Assembly (NCBI GenBank): GCA_046598245.1 | Contig: JBKJJC010000040.1 | Span: forward strand, 472-64,471 | DNA: 64,000 nucleotides | Reading direction: 5' to 3' | Source: Rhodoferax sp. | Lineage (GTDB): Bacteria > Pseudomonadota > Gammaproteobacteria > Burkholderiales > Burkholderiaceae_C | Shown here: positions 20,456-30,490 of the stretch, in pieces | Layout of the letters: the number at the start of each line of letters is the position of its first letter | Numbering within the stretch: the stretch's first letter is position 1 | Made by a program: the position numbers and the translations under genes | Notes under the pieces: model-generated | The model's database searches: none | What the model was told of the DNA's origin: nothing | Seen by the model: only the letters and a program-made list of their open reading frames with translations

Positions 20456-21493
20456 TCAGCCGTACACCTTCACAAACCGGTCCAGGATTGCTGCATGGTC
20501 TTCAAACAGTTGGTCTTCCAGTTCAATCAACACGTCGATAGGCACCCATTTGGCTTCCAAGGCATCGTCTGCGCCTTTGATTTCGGGTAAACGGATACTG
20601 CCCAGGTCAAAGTAGAAGGCATTAGTAATCAAGCGGCCCCGTGCACTGCGCAAGGGGTGGTCAAACACTTGGCTGGCTTTCAAGGCCTGGCGCATCGTAG
20701 ATTCCAGCGTCTTGAAGCCCGTCTCTTCGTGGAGCTCGCGCAGCGCTGCCGCATAGAAGCGCTCGCCCTTGTCGACAAAACCTCCCGGCAATGCCCACTG
20801 CCCATGGCCAACATCACCTCCACGGCGAATCAACAGCACGTGCCGGTTCGCGACCAACACAGCGTCTGCCGTTAAGTAAACGTCGGCAGCCCATTTTTTA
20901 CGGTACTGCACCACGGTGTTGTGCTCCACCACCCGCTGCACGTACACCGCCAGGCGCGACCAGGCCTGCAGATACGCCAAGACCTGCGCATGGACATGGG
21001 GTCGCAACACCGCCAGGCGTGCGTCGGGATCCGTTCCTTCAAAGAACACATTGCGCAGGGCTGTGGCGTCGATGTCATGCACCTGTTCCACCGCCTGCCA
21101 CACCCAGTTGGGAAAGTGGTCCAGGTAGTAGCTGGTGTGGTCCTTCTTGAAGCCCACCAGCGTCACGGAGCCGCGGCCGCCGGTGATTTTCTGCACGCCG
21201 TCCCGCACCGCCGAATTCCATCGGACATCGTCAAAGTAGTCGCGCACCGGCAAAAACTGCACGCGATTTTCCACATCGGGTGGCAGCGCGGCCTCGATCA
21301 TGGCCTTGCGCTCTTCCCAGTTGAAAGGGTTGCGCACATCGCGTGAGCGAAACGCCGAGCCGATGACCACAATCACCTGCTGTGCCGCCGCCAGCGCAGC
21401 GTGGAGCAGGGTCTCATGGCCTTTGTGGAAGAGTTGCCACCGGCCGACGATGATGGCGGTGCCCTGCGGCTCTGTAGCTTGGGTGTCTTGCAT
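20456..21493 (-). CDS. nadM: bifunctional NMN/NaMN adenylyltransferase / ADP-ribose pyrophosphatase (NadM-Nudix)
   Basis: GRWQLFHKGH (HxGH), GS..RNPF, Nudix box GGFVDKGE..AALRELHEETG. Confidence 0.92.
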   Translation of the reverse strand: MQDTQATEPQGTAIIVGRWQLFHKGHETLLHAALAAAQQVIVVIGSAFRSRDVRNPFNWEERKAMIEAALPPDVENRVQFLPVRDYFDDVRWNSAVRDGVQKITGGRGSVTLVGFKKDHTSYYLDHFPNWVWQAVEQVHDIDATALRNVFFEGTDPDARLAVLRPHVHAQVLAYLQAWSRLAVYVQRVVEHNTVVQYRKKWAADVYLTADAVLVANRHVLLIRRGGDVGHGQWALPGGFVDKGERFYAAALRELHEETGFKTLESTMRQALKASQVFDHPLRSARGRLITNAFYFDLGSIRLPEIKGADDALEAKWVPIDVLIELEDQLFEDHAAILDRFVKVYG

Positions 21494-21522
21494 GGTGTAG
21501 GGCCTTGTGAATGGGTGGTGGT

Positions 21523-23232
21523 CTACGCGTATTGCACAGCCGCTATGGGCACCTGACGGCCACTGCCGAAGGCCTTGCCCCTGACCCGCAGCACGGGTGG
21601 TGCCTGGCGGCGTTTGTACTCATTGCGCGCAATCATCTTTTGAATCCGGATGATCAACGCAGTGCCCTGCGGCGTGGCCCGCAGTTCGGCCATCTTGGCA
21701 TCGGCGTGCGCACGTTCCCCCTGCGCGAGGCGGTCACCTTCTATCAAATGCTTGAGGATTTCATCCAACACTTCGTAGGGTGGCAGACTGTCGGTATCTT
21801 TTTGCCCCGGTGCCAGTTCAGCCGACGGTGGCTTTTCAATGATGGCGACGGGTATCAACGCCCGCCCCTCAGAAGTATTGATATGCCGGCATAACTCAAA
21901 AATCTCTGTCTTGTACAAATCACCAATCAACCCCAGCCCGCCATTGGTGTCGCCATACAAAGTGCAGTAGCCCACCGACACTTCGCTCTTATTGCCCGTG
22001 GTCAGCAACAGATGGCCGAAGCGGTTGGAATATTCCATCAGCGTGGTACCCCGCACACGCGCCTGCAGGTTCTCCAGCGGCAGGCCTTGCAGCACTTCGC
22101 CAAACGACGAGGCGTAGGTGGCCTCGAAGACCGACACGATGGCCTTGATGGGGTGCTCAATCAGCGCAATGCCGAGGTTGCGGCACAACACCTCCGAATC
22201 CGTCACACTGCCTGTGCTTGAAAATTTGGACGGCATCGTAATGCCCACTACATTTTCAGCACCCAGCGCCTCCACCGCCAGCACCAGCGTCAGTGCCGAA
22301 TCGATGCCGCCTGACGAACCCACCACCGCTTTGGTAAAACCGCAACGCCGCGCGTAGTCCTTGAGCCCCAGCACAATTTGTTGGCGGTAGAACTCCATTG
22401 TGGGCAAGCCGGCCTGGGGCACTACCGGCAGGGCACTTCCATCGCCCTGCATGAATACCCGTTGGACCGGGTCAAAACCCAGCGTTCTCACATCCTCTGC
22501 AAACCGTGTGGCTTCATACACCACAACGCCCTGGGCATCCACGGCAAACGACGCACCGTCGTACACCAGTTGGTCATGCCCGCCAATCTGGTTCACATAC
22601 AAGAGTGGCAGTTTGTGCCGTGCACACGCCGCGCCGAAGACAGTGTGGCGCTGTTCACGCTTGCCGATGTTGCTGGGACTGGCATTGATGGACACCACCA
22701 GATCGGGTGCGGCATCGGCCAGCCGCTGAAAGGGATTGACGACGTAGTCCTGGCCGTCGTCGTTCCAGCCATCTTCACAAATCATCAGCCCTATCTGCAC
22801 ATCGCCCATACGCAGCACACGCGCCACATCCGGACCGGGCTCAAAGTGGCGGCGCTCGTCAAAGATGTTGTAGGTGGGCAGCAACTGCTTGGCGTATTGC
22901 AGCACCTGCTCGCCGTTCTTGAGCACCAACAGGGCGTTGCAATAAGGCTTGCCAATGCCAGCGCGGCGCATGGGTGCGCCAGCCACCCAATAAAGGTTGG
23001 GTGTTTCACGGGTGGCGATCAGCAGCTGAGCCAGACCCGCCTCTATGCGCGCCTGAAAATTGGCGTCGTCCAGTAGATCGCCGGGGTAGTAGGCCGTCAG
23101 ACTCATCTCGGGGAATACCACGATGTCTGCGGCATCGTCACGCGCCTGGCGTGCGGCACGCAGCATCAGCGCAATGTTGCCGGTGATGTCCCCAATCGTG
23201 GGGTTGATTTGGGCACTGGTGATGCGCAACAT
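21523..23232 (-). CDS. nadE: glutamine-dependent NAD+ synthetase
   Basis: nitrilase domain (FPE, K, ICED) plus SGGIDS, ENLQAR and TGNKSE. Confidence 0.96.
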   Translation of the reverse strand: MLRITSAQINPTIGDITGNIALMLRAARQARDDAADIVVFPEMSLTAYYPGDLLDDANFQARIEAGLAQLLIATRETPNLYWVAGAPMRRAGIGKPYCNALLVLKNGEQVLQYAKQLLPTYNIFDERRHFEPGPDVARVLRMGDVQIGLMICEDGWNDDGQDYVVNPFQRLADAAPDLVVSINASPSNIGKREQRHTVFGAACARHKLPLLYVNQIGGHDQLVYDGASFAVDAQGVVVYEATRFAEDVRTLGFDPVQRVFMQGDGSALPVVPQAGLPTMEFYRQQIVLGLKDYARRCGFTKAVVGSSGGIDSALTLVLAVEALGAENVVGITMPSKFSSTGSVTDSEVLCRNLGIALIEHPIKAIVSVFEATYASSFGEVLQGLPLENLQARVRGTTLMEYSNRFGHLLLTTGNKSEVSVGYCTLYGDTNGGLGLIGDLYKTEIFELCRHINTSEGRALIPVAIIEKPPSAELAPGQKDTDSLPPYEVLDEILKHLIEGDRLAQGERAHADAKMAELRATPQGTALIIRIQKMIARNEYKRRQAPPVLRVRGKAFGSGRQVPIAAVQYA

Positions 23233-23259
23233 AGAGTGTCCTCGTTATTCTGATATAGC

Positions 23260-24483
23260 TTAATCATTCTTCTGGAAAACCTGGCGCAGATAGGCCAGAA
23301 AGGTCTGGTCGTCACACAGCGTCTTGCCCGGAGAGTCCGACAATTTGGCGGTAGGTTGGCCGTTGCAGTTGACCAGCTTCATCACAATATTCAGGGGCTT
23401 GAGCCCGGTGTCGTTGCTCAGATTGGTGCCGATACCAAAGCCGGTCTGCACGCGATCTGCAAAGTGGCGGTGCAGGTTGATGGCGGTGGGCACATCCAGC
23501 CCGTCGGAGAACACCAGACGCTTGGCATGGGCGTCCAGCTTCAGCTTGGCGTAGTGGGTCAGGGCCTTCTCGCCCCACACGACAGGGTCGCCGCTGTCGT
23601 GGCGCAGACCATCGAACAGCTTGGCAAAGTAGAGATCGAAGTCGGCCAAGAAGGCGTCCATGCCAACCACATCCGTCAGAGCCACGCCCAGGTCGCCACG
23701 GTACTCCTGCACCCACGATTCCAGCGCCGCTTTTTGAAAGCCTTTGAGCTGCACCCCTACCGCCTGAAAGGTCTGCAAGTATTCGTGTGCCATGGTGCCA
23801 ATGGGAACAATGCCCAGCTTCTTGGCCAGATAGACATTGGACGTGCCCTTGAAGACCTGCGGCACTTCGCGTGCCAGCGTGGTCGTCACCTCTTCTTGCC
23901 ACGCACCGCTGAATCGCCTGCGCACACCAAAGTCAAAAAACTCAAACGGATGGCGGCGGGGTGCTGCGGTACTCGCATAGTCACGCAACAAGACAAGCTT
24001 GGCCTGGAGCCGCGCGCGGCCCTCGGCCAATGCGGCTTCATGGGCAGGTCCTTGCGCCAAGCGGCGGAAATAGAGTTCATTGACGATAGCCAGCACATAA
24101 ATTTCGAACCCCATCACATGGACCTGCGGCCCCTTGGCCACCACCATCAGTGTGTCGTCTTGCGTGCTGACTTTGATGAATCGGCGCTGGAACTGGAACA
24201 ACCGTAAGAAATCGATGTAGTCCGACGACAGGTAACGCAATGCTCCCAGATAGGCCAGCTCGTCATCGGTGAAACGCAAGGAACACAGGGCGTCCAACTG
24301 CGCATTCACATCAGCGGCCAGTTCAGCCAATGGAAAGGCCGGTGTATTGCGGCACACAAAGCTGTATTCGGCCTGGTTGGTTGGCATGGAATGCAACATG
24401 GGCTGCTGCATCGTGAACTTGTACAGATCGGTCTCCAGCAGACTGTGGATCACGGGTTGGAACAACTCGAGCTTGGCGGTCAC
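23260..24483 (-). CDS. pncB: nicotinate phosphoribosyltransferase
   Basis: [29 protein letters not shown]; start placed at GTG 24483 after AGGAG because ATG 24531 overlaps the -10 box. Confidence 0.95.
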   Translation of the reverse strand: MTAKLELFQPVIHSLLETDLYKFTMQQPMLHSMPTNQAEYSFVCRNTPAFPLAELAADVNAQLDALCSLRFTDDELAYLGALRYLSSDYIDFLRLFQFQRRFIKVSTQDDTLMVVAKGPQVHVMGFEIYVLAIVNELYFRRLAQGPAHEAALAEGRARLQAKLVLLRDYASTAAPRRHPFEFFDFGVRRRFSGAWQEEVTTTLAREVPQVFKGTSNVYLAKKLGIVPIGTMAHEYLQTFQAVGVQLKGFQKAALESWVQEYRGDLGVALTDVVGMDAFLADFDLYFAKLFDGLRHDSGDPVVWGEKALTHYAKLKLDAHAKRLVFSDGLDVPTAINLHRHFADRVQTGFGIGTNLSNDTGLKPLNIVMKLVNCNGQPTAKLSDSPGKTLCDDQTFLAYLRQVFQKND

Positions 24484-24529
24484 ATCATCACTCCTCATGG
24501 GGTTGGCACTGTTTGAATCAGTTAGCTGC

Positions 24530-24565
24530 ATTGTAGTCTAGTTATTTGCAATTTGCACTTAACTA
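24530..24565 (-). promoter_or_regulatory. putative NrtR operator (24539-24565) overlapping sigma70 promoter of pncB-nadE-nadM
   Basis: palindrome TAGTTATTTGCAATTTGCACTTAACTA; minus strand GTGCAA-N17-TACAAT; 24/27 match to 49359-49385. Confidence 0.85.
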
Positions 24566-24616
24566 CGTACTAGATGGATCCAGGCACGTCAGGGATACCA
24601 TGCCACACAAAACCAC

Positions 24617-27253
24617 ATGCCCTTGACATCAGCGCTCCCCCTTCACATCGGCTTGATCCCTGGCCACGCCTTTTGTGCCGTCATTGATACCACTCGGCAC
24701 CCAGCCATGCACGTCGCGTTTGACGCCGACGCACAGCCCGGTGACGACGTACGCAGCCGCCTGGGTGCGGCATTGGCGCGGCACACCACGATGCGGCATA
24801 ACGGCGACGAGCTACAGGTGTATGTAGGCGACAGTATGGTGGCGCGGGTGCGCGACGGCACGGTGACCGAACACCGACCCTTGACAGCCTTTGGTGCCCG
24901 CTTTTTGGCGGAGAACGGTGTACCACTGCCCGCAGGACCCCTGCAATCAGCCGCACCGCTGGGACCTGCGGCGGCAGGCTGGTTGCAAACCGATTTGCAC
25001 AGCCACTTCGGCGGTTGTTTGTCCGGCCAAGATCTAGTTGAACTGGGACTGGCGGCAGACGCAGTGGTCGCCAGGAGTGGTTTGGCGCAGGCTGGCATTT
25101 TTTGCGAACGCGACACGCCGCTGAGCGCGCTGAGCGCCGGCGCACGCGCCCGCTTCGCCTGCGCACTGGACATACCGCTGGACCGCCAAGTAACGTTTCT
25201 GGATATGGAGCGACTTTATGCGATGCGTGCGCAGTTGACCCGCCACCCCGCCCTGTTTGCACCGCAACTGTGGCGCATTGCAAAGCGGGCCGCAGAGGCC
25301 AGCGTCCGTTACCTGGAACTGTCGCTGTCCAGCATTCTGGAGCCTGCTGTACTGGCCCAGGCCCACACAGCGCTACCGGCAATAGAAGCCCAGACGGGTG
25401 TGGGCATACGCTTTCTGGTGGCCTTGTCCCGACACGACGACCTGGAGTGGGATTTGGACGTGCTGCGCCGAGCGGAAGCCTGCCTGGACAGCCGCGCCAT
25501 CGTCGGCATCGACTTCATGGGCCACGAGACCAATTCCACCCGCGCCTTCCTGCCCCACCTGCAGGCTGCGGGGGCGCTGGCGCGTCAGCGCGCGGGTTGG
25601 GTGGTGCGGGTCCACGCGGGTGAGAATCCGGCGTTTCCCGAGAACGTGCGCGAAGCGGTGACCGCGTTGCGCCCGTTGGTGGAAGACCATGGCCTGGAGT
25701 TGCGCATCGGCCATGGCTTGTATGGCTTAGACAGCACAACCCTGGCCGATATGGCAGCGATGTCCTCATCAGCCGGAACACACGGGGGCTGTGCGGTTGT
25801 CGAATTCAACCTGACCAGCAACCTGGCCCTCAACAATATCCGCACCACCTTCGATGTGCCACTGCGCCGCGCTATTGCGTCCGGAGTGGACGTGGTGCTC
25901 GGCACTGACGGGCCAGGCCTGTACCGCACCCATGTGCAAGACGAGGCCCAGGCCGCCCGGGCCACGGGACTGGGTGACGACGACTTGGCACAGATCGCGG
26001 CCACCGAACGGCGCCTTCTGGCGCGCAAGCGGGCGGTTCAAGACCTGCTCCCCGCCTGGCACGACTTTGGGGTGCCGCCGCCCACACTACCGCTGCACTT
26101 CACGGATGCCGTGGTGGACCGAAAGCATGCCCAACAGAGCACCAAACAGACGGCATTACACGCCCACCTTGAAGCCCTGGGCCTGCCGCTGTTCGATGCT
26201 GCAAGCCTGCGCACCCACCTGGCGAAGCGGCCCCTGCTCAATCTGGCAGGGGCCTGGCGCAACAGCTTTGCACATTTCAGCGAAGCCGATATCGAGGGTT
26301 TGACCGTCTTCTTTCAGACGCTGCTGGTGGGCTTGGCACAACGCGGTGGCGTGATCCTTACCGGCGGCACCCGCGACGGTGTGGAGGGCCTACTACACCG
26401 CTGCGCCCACGCCATGCCCCTACCCCGTGCCGAAGTGATTGCCCTGGTCAGCGCCCAGGTGCCGCTAGACAGCTTGGATGCCTGTGGCCTCAGCGGCCTA
26501 CACGTGGTCGCCAACACCTTGTATGACAAGGCCGCCCCCCTGTATGCGCTGGTACAAGAATGCCGTGGCCTGGCGCTGTTTGTGGGCGGCGGCACCATCG
26601 TGGGCGACGAAATCCAGGCCGCGCGCAATCTGGGTCTGCACTATTGCCTGCTCAGTGGTCTGCCCGGCGCCAGTGCCAAAGCCGCACCGTTGGACCCCGC
26701 CCACGCCATCCCGCTGCAAGAGCCAGTGCACGCTGCACAACAGGTACTTCAATTGTTGACAGACGGCCCGCGCGTGACCCAGCTGTTTTACCCTGGCCCG
26801 AATGACGCGGTCGACATCGTCGTACTGCGCAGCCAGCCCCATGCGCAAGAACCGGAGTTGCTGCTGGTGCGCCGCCATGACGATGCCCCAGCGGAGAATG
26901 GCCGCTTCGCCCTGCCCGGTGGTTTTGTGTTGCCGGGTGAATCGCTGCAAGCGGCAGCGGTAAGGGAACTGGCGGAAGAGACTGGGCTGCGGATCCCCTT
27001 GAATGACTTGCAAGCCGTAACGGTGGTGGAGGGCAACGGGCGCGACCCACGGGACACCGGCGAGCGCTGGGTGCGCTCCCACCTGTTTTTGGTGCGAACC
27101 ACACCCGCTGGCAACAACAACACCCCACTGTTAGCGGGCGCCGATGCGTCCCGCGCCTTCTATGTACCCCTGTCGCGCAGGCCGCAATGCCTGGCTTTTG
27201 ACCATGACCACCTGCTGGCCATGGCCATCAACGGGACGACCCACGCCAGATGA
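24617..27253 (+). CDS. multidomain protein: adenosine/AMP-deaminase-like amidohydrolase + SLOG-like + Nudix hydrolase
   Basis: DLHSH, HAGE, IGHG, SN and GTD (deaminase); LTGGT..G and FVGGG...DE (SLOG/LOG-like); GG..PGES..AAVRELAEETG and RDPR (Nudix). Confidence 0.8.
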   Translation: MPLTSALPLHIGLIPGHAFCAVIDTTRHPAMHVAFDADAQPGDDVRSRLGAALARHTTMRHNGDELQVYVGDSMVARVRDGTVTEHRPLTAFGARFLAENGVPLPAGPLQSAAPLGPAAAGWLQTDLHSHFGGCLSGQDLVELGLAADAVVARSGLAQAGIFCERDTPLSALSAGARARFACALDIPLDRQVTFLDMERLYAMRAQLTRHPALFAPQLWRIAKRAAEASVRYLELSLSSILEPAVLAQAHTALPAIEAQTGVGIRFLVALSRHDDLEWDLDVLRRAEACLDSRAIVGIDFMGHETNSTRAFLPHLQAAGALARQRAGWVVRVHAGENPAFPENVREAVTALRPLVEDHGLELRIGHGLYGLDSTTLADMAAMSSSAGTHGGCAVVEFNLTSNLALNNIRTTFDVPLRRAIASGVDVVLGTDGPGLYRTHVQDEAQAARATGLGDDDLAQIAATERRLLARKRAVQDLLPAWHDFGVPPPTLPLHFTDAVVDRKHAQQSTKQTALHAHLEALGLPLFDAASLRTHLAKRPLLNLAGAWRNSFAHFSEADIEGLTVFFQTLLVGLAQRGGVILTGGTRDGVEGLLHRCAHAMPLPRAEVIALVSAQVPLDSLDACGLSGLHVVANTLYDKAAPLYALVQECRGLALFVGGGTIVGDEIQAARNLGLHYCLLSGLPGASAKAAPLDPAHAIPLQEPVHAAQQVLQLLTDGPRVTQLFYPGPNDAVDIVVLRSQPHAQEPELLLVRRHDDAPAENGRFALPGGFVLPGESLQAAAVRELAEETGLRIPLNDLQAVTVVEGNGRDPRDTGERWVRSHLFLVRTTPAGNNNTPLLAGADASRAFYVPLSRRPQCLAFDHDHLLAMAINGTTHAR

Positions 27254-27257
27254 TTAT

Positions 27258-27317
27258 GCATAAATAATGCCTCTAGCCCCCGTGTAATATGCCTAGTGTG
27301 CTACGCTATTTATAGCA
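27258..27317 (-). repeat. dispersed repeat family A
   Basis: GCCTCTAGCCCCCGTG..GCTACGCTATTTATAGC. Confidence 0.8.
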
Positions 27318-27318
27318 A

Positions 27319-28038
27319 TTAGGTACCCAACAAGCCAACACCAAAAATCCCAAACAGCGCGGCCAGTTGGGTCAAGTTCTCCACCGTGTGGTGCGGCTGC
27401 TCCGTATGGACCCAGGCATGTTGCCCACGGTTCACCCACACGGTCTGCATGCCAGCAGCCAAGGCACCCAGCACATCCAGCGCAGCATCGTCGCCCACGT
27501 GTAGCACCGCGGCGTGCGGCAACCCAAGTTTGTCGGCAGCGGCATGGAAGATGCGCGCATCCGGCTTGGCCACGCCAAATTCGCTGGCACTGAGGCTATG
27601 CGCAAAGTACTGCCCCAGACTTACGCGCGCGACGTGGGCGTTGCCGTTGGATACCGCAATCAGCGGAAAGCGTACCGACAACGCCGCCAAAGCGGGCCGC
27701 ACATCGTCAAACAACTCCACCCGCATGCGCTCGGCAAAAAATATCTCAAATGCGGGCTCTGCCAGGCTGGTGTCTTCCTCTGCGCGGTGCAGGGCGGTGC
27801 GAATCATTTCGCGGCGGATGGCACTCAGGTCGTGGCCCAGATCCGGGCGGCTTTGCACCACATGCTCGCGCAACCCCAGCCGTGCCTGAGGATCCGCAAA
27901 CACGGCCGCAGTGCCCGGTGCACGTACAGCCAGCCACGCGGCCAAAGCCAGCTCGGCGCGCTGAATGGTTGGCCATATCGGCCACAGCGTGTCGTCCAAG
28001 TCCAGTGTGATGGCTTTGATGCGGGTAATGTCCAACAT
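27319..28038 (-). CDS. HAD-IA family hydrolase (YigB-like)
   Basis: DLDDTLW, SNG, KP and HVGD...D motifs. Confidence 0.9.
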   Translation of the reverse strand: MLDITRIKAITLDLDDTLWPIWPTIQRAELALAAWLAVRAPGTAAVFADPQARLGLREHVVQSRPDLGHDLSAIRREMIRTALHRAEEDTSLAEPAFEIFFAERMRVELFDDVRPALAALSVRFPLIAVSNGNAHVARVSLGQYFAHSLSASEFGVAKPDARIFHAAADKLGLPHAAVLHVGDDAALDVLGALAAGMQTVWVNRGQHAWVHTEQPHHTVENLTQLAALFGIFGVGLLGT

Positions 28039-28320
28039 GGCTTTGTGAGGGGTTGTTTACGAGGGCACGGGGGCCGTGTGCAGGGCAGCGCTCGGGACCG
28101 CTGGTATCGAGAAAACATTGCGCGACCCTGCCGAAAGTGTAAATGTTGGCGTGGTCACACTGCGCAATGCAATTGATCAATGCACCTGGTCTAACTCTTA
28201 TGGTCGCCATTTCCATTCAACACCACGGCCCTTGAAATTGCTGCAACTTTCACTTTGCCTCACCTTCCTGGTGGGCAGTGCCAGTGCGCCCCAGCGCCCT
28301 GCCACCGTTGCGCACGGCGA

Positions 28321-29322
28321 CTACACGTCCAACAAGCGGCGCAGTGCGCTGCCACTGAGCCGCTCACCCGCGCTGTGGGTCTGTAGCGTTTTTAGCAGCT
28401 GCGCATTCGCCGGTGCTGCCGTGCCATGCTGCTGCGCCAGCCGCACCACGGCGCCGCACAGGTCGTCAATCTCGGTGGTCCGGCCCTTTTGCACATCGTC
28501 CCACATGGAAGATCGGGCGGTCGGGTCGATACGCAACATGCGCGAGGCCACCACTTTGAACAAGAAATCCGGCAGGCGGAGGATGGTGGGCAACAGGCGT
28601 GGCGGTGCACTGGCCACCTTGGCCGGCACGATGCCGGCCGCATCCATGGCGTGCACTGCTTCGGTTTGCAATGCCGCCAGCACCACGCGGTAGTTGCGGT
28701 CCATCAATTCATCACGCAGCGGCAGGTCCGACAGGGCATTCACCGGGTTGTTCAGGTTGAGCAGCAGCTTGCCCCACTGCACGGCCAGCATATCGGGCAC
28801 CACCACCGTGGGCAGACCGGCTGCACCACAGCAGGCAGCCACTTCTGCACTGCGGGCAGACTGGCCGATCCGCAAATGCCCGCTGGTGGCGCGGTGCACC
28901 TTGGCCGGGCTGGATAACACCACGTTGTAGGGCACCATGCCAGCCACCACGTCCAGCTGGGGTGCGGCTTGGCGGATGCGCTGCACATTGTCGACACCGT
29001 TTTGCAGCGAGATGACCGGTGTGCCAGCGCCGAAAACGGCTGCGATTTCGACCGCTGCCTGCGCCGTGGCGCCGCCTTTCACACACAGCAAAACAACCGG
29101 GGCGCCACTGCGGTCTACGTCGGACACGGACACGGCAAACCGCAAGCGGTTGGCCGGCACATGGGCACTGAAACCATCCATGTCCGACACCGTGAGGCCA
29201 TGCATGGCGACTTCACCCAGAATGCCGGGCCGCCCGACCAGACTGACCTGCTGCCCGGCATCGGCCAGCCTGGCGCCTACATAACAACCAATGGCACCCG
29301 CGCCCACGATGATGAAGTGCAT
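28321..29322 (-). CDS. 2-dehydropantoate 2-reductase family protein
   Basis: GAGAIG, SLQNG, WGKLLLN, SSMWDD and TEID motifs. Confidence 0.88.
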   Translation of the reverse strand: MHFIIVGAGAIGCYVGARLADAGQQVSLVGRPGILGEVAMHGLTVSDMDGFSAHVPANRLRFAVSVSDVDRSGAPVVLLCVKGGATAQAAVEIAAVFGAGTPVISLQNGVDNVQRIRQAAPQLDVVAGMVPYNVVLSSPAKVHRATSGHLRIGQSARSAEVAACCGAAGLPTVVVPDMLAVQWGKLLLNLNNPVNALSDLPLRDELMDRNYRVVLAALQTEAVHAMDAAGIVPAKVASAPPRLLPTILRLPDFLFKVVASRMLRIDPTARSSMWDDVQKGRTTEIDDLCGAVVRLAQQHGTAAPANAQLLKTLQTHSAGERLSGSALRRLLDV

Positions 29323-29375
29323 ATACAGCGGCTCCCGCCGACAGAACGGTTGTTATTGGAAGAACTGGGACGAGT

Positions 29376-30353
29376 CTACTGCGCCACCAACTCCACCCGC
29401 CGGTTCTTAGCCCGCCCGGCGTCTGCATCGTTACTCGCCATGGGCGAGAAGTTGGCAACACCGCGTGGCGACAGGCGGGATGCATCAATCTTGTGGTCCT
29501 TGGCCAGTGCCGCAGCCACGGCCTGCGCGCGGCGCATCGACAGCGCCAGATTGGCATCCACGCCACCCTGGTTATCGGTGTGGCCGACGATGAACACCTG
29601 CAACTTGGGTGATTGCACCAGCAGCTTTGCCATCTCTTCGAGCTGCGGTGTGGACTCGGGCTTGATGTCGGCCTTGGCCGTGTCAAAGAAAAGGCCATAC
29701 AACGCAACCCTGCCCTCTGCAGCCAAGCCCTTGCCCAGCGTGTCGGCCTTCACCAGACTCACCTGGTCGCCCTGCATGGCCTGGGATTCAATCACCTGCA
29801 CAAAATAGTCGGCACCAAAACCGCGATCGGCCCAGTAGCCATCGCGCACCGTAAACACCACAGTCACATCGCCTGCGGGCCGTGCCAAGCGCGCCATCAA
29901 GAATCGGAAAGCCCGTCCGCTGACGTTGTTCATGTAAAAACTGCCCCCGGCAAACGCGCGGGCATCGTCGGTCCACTTCTGCGCATGCGCCGACAAGTTT
30001 TGTTGCTGGCATTTGGCACCGTCCTCGCAGAGGTACAAGAACTTGAAGCCCTGCTTCTCCAGCGACTGCTGGTAGTTGCGGAAAACCTCCAGGTCTGAGT
30101 GCCCCTTGGGGCCCAGGTAGTAGTAGTTGAATACTTTTCCTTCAGCGGATTCGACACGCTTGTCCGGCAGCTTGACCTCGACCCGCTCAAAGCTGATGGT
30201 ACCGGCCTTGTGCAACACGGCGCCATTGAACCGGCCTACCAGTGGGTGGTCGGTGGCGCCGGGCGCTTCGCCGTAGGTGGCGGCCGCCATCGCAGAGAAA
30301 GTGGCGCACAAGGCCAGCGCGCACAGCCATCGGAAGAAGAACATGTTTTGCAT
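29376..30353 (-). CDS. secreted OmpA-C (peptidoglycan-binding) domain protein
   Basis: signal peptide, FDT, GHTD, LS.RRA.AV and NRRVEL motifs. Confidence 0.9.
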   Translation of the reverse strand: MQNMFFFRWLCALALCATFSAMAAATYGEAPGATDHPLVGRFNGAVLHKAGTISFERVEVKLPDKRVESAEGKVFNYYYLGPKGHSDLEVFRNYQQSLEKQGFKFLYLCEDGAKCQQQNLSAHAQKWTDDARAFAGGSFYMNNVSGRAFRFLMARLARPAGDVTVVFTVRDGYWADRGFGADYFVQVIESQAMQGDQVSLVKADTLGKGLAAEGRVALYGLFFDTAKADIKPESTPQLEEMAKLLVQSPKLQVFIVGHTDNQGGVDANLALSMRRAQAVAAALAKDHKIDASRLSPRGVANFSPMASNDADAGRAKNRRVELVAQ

Positions 30354-30402
30354 AAACGGGGATTCCAGTGTCAAGGGTTGTCGGTGCCGCCAGTAAGGTA
30401 GC

Positions 30403-30464
30403 GCTATCGTTATAGTAGCAGCTTAAGTCCACTGCACGGGGGCTAGAAGCCAGAATTACATAAA
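30403..30464 (+). repeat. dispersed repeat family A
   Basis: GCTATCGTTATAGTAGC..CACGGGGGCTAGAAGCC. Confidence 0.8.
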
Positions 30465-30490
30465 GTTACCGCGTAGTGCAAGAATACGGC

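Noticed and set aside
27746-28693. ORFs spanning the HAD/ketopantoate reductase spacer (27746-28216, 28076-28693)
   Set aside because: Overlap real genes, no motifs, no convincing RBS
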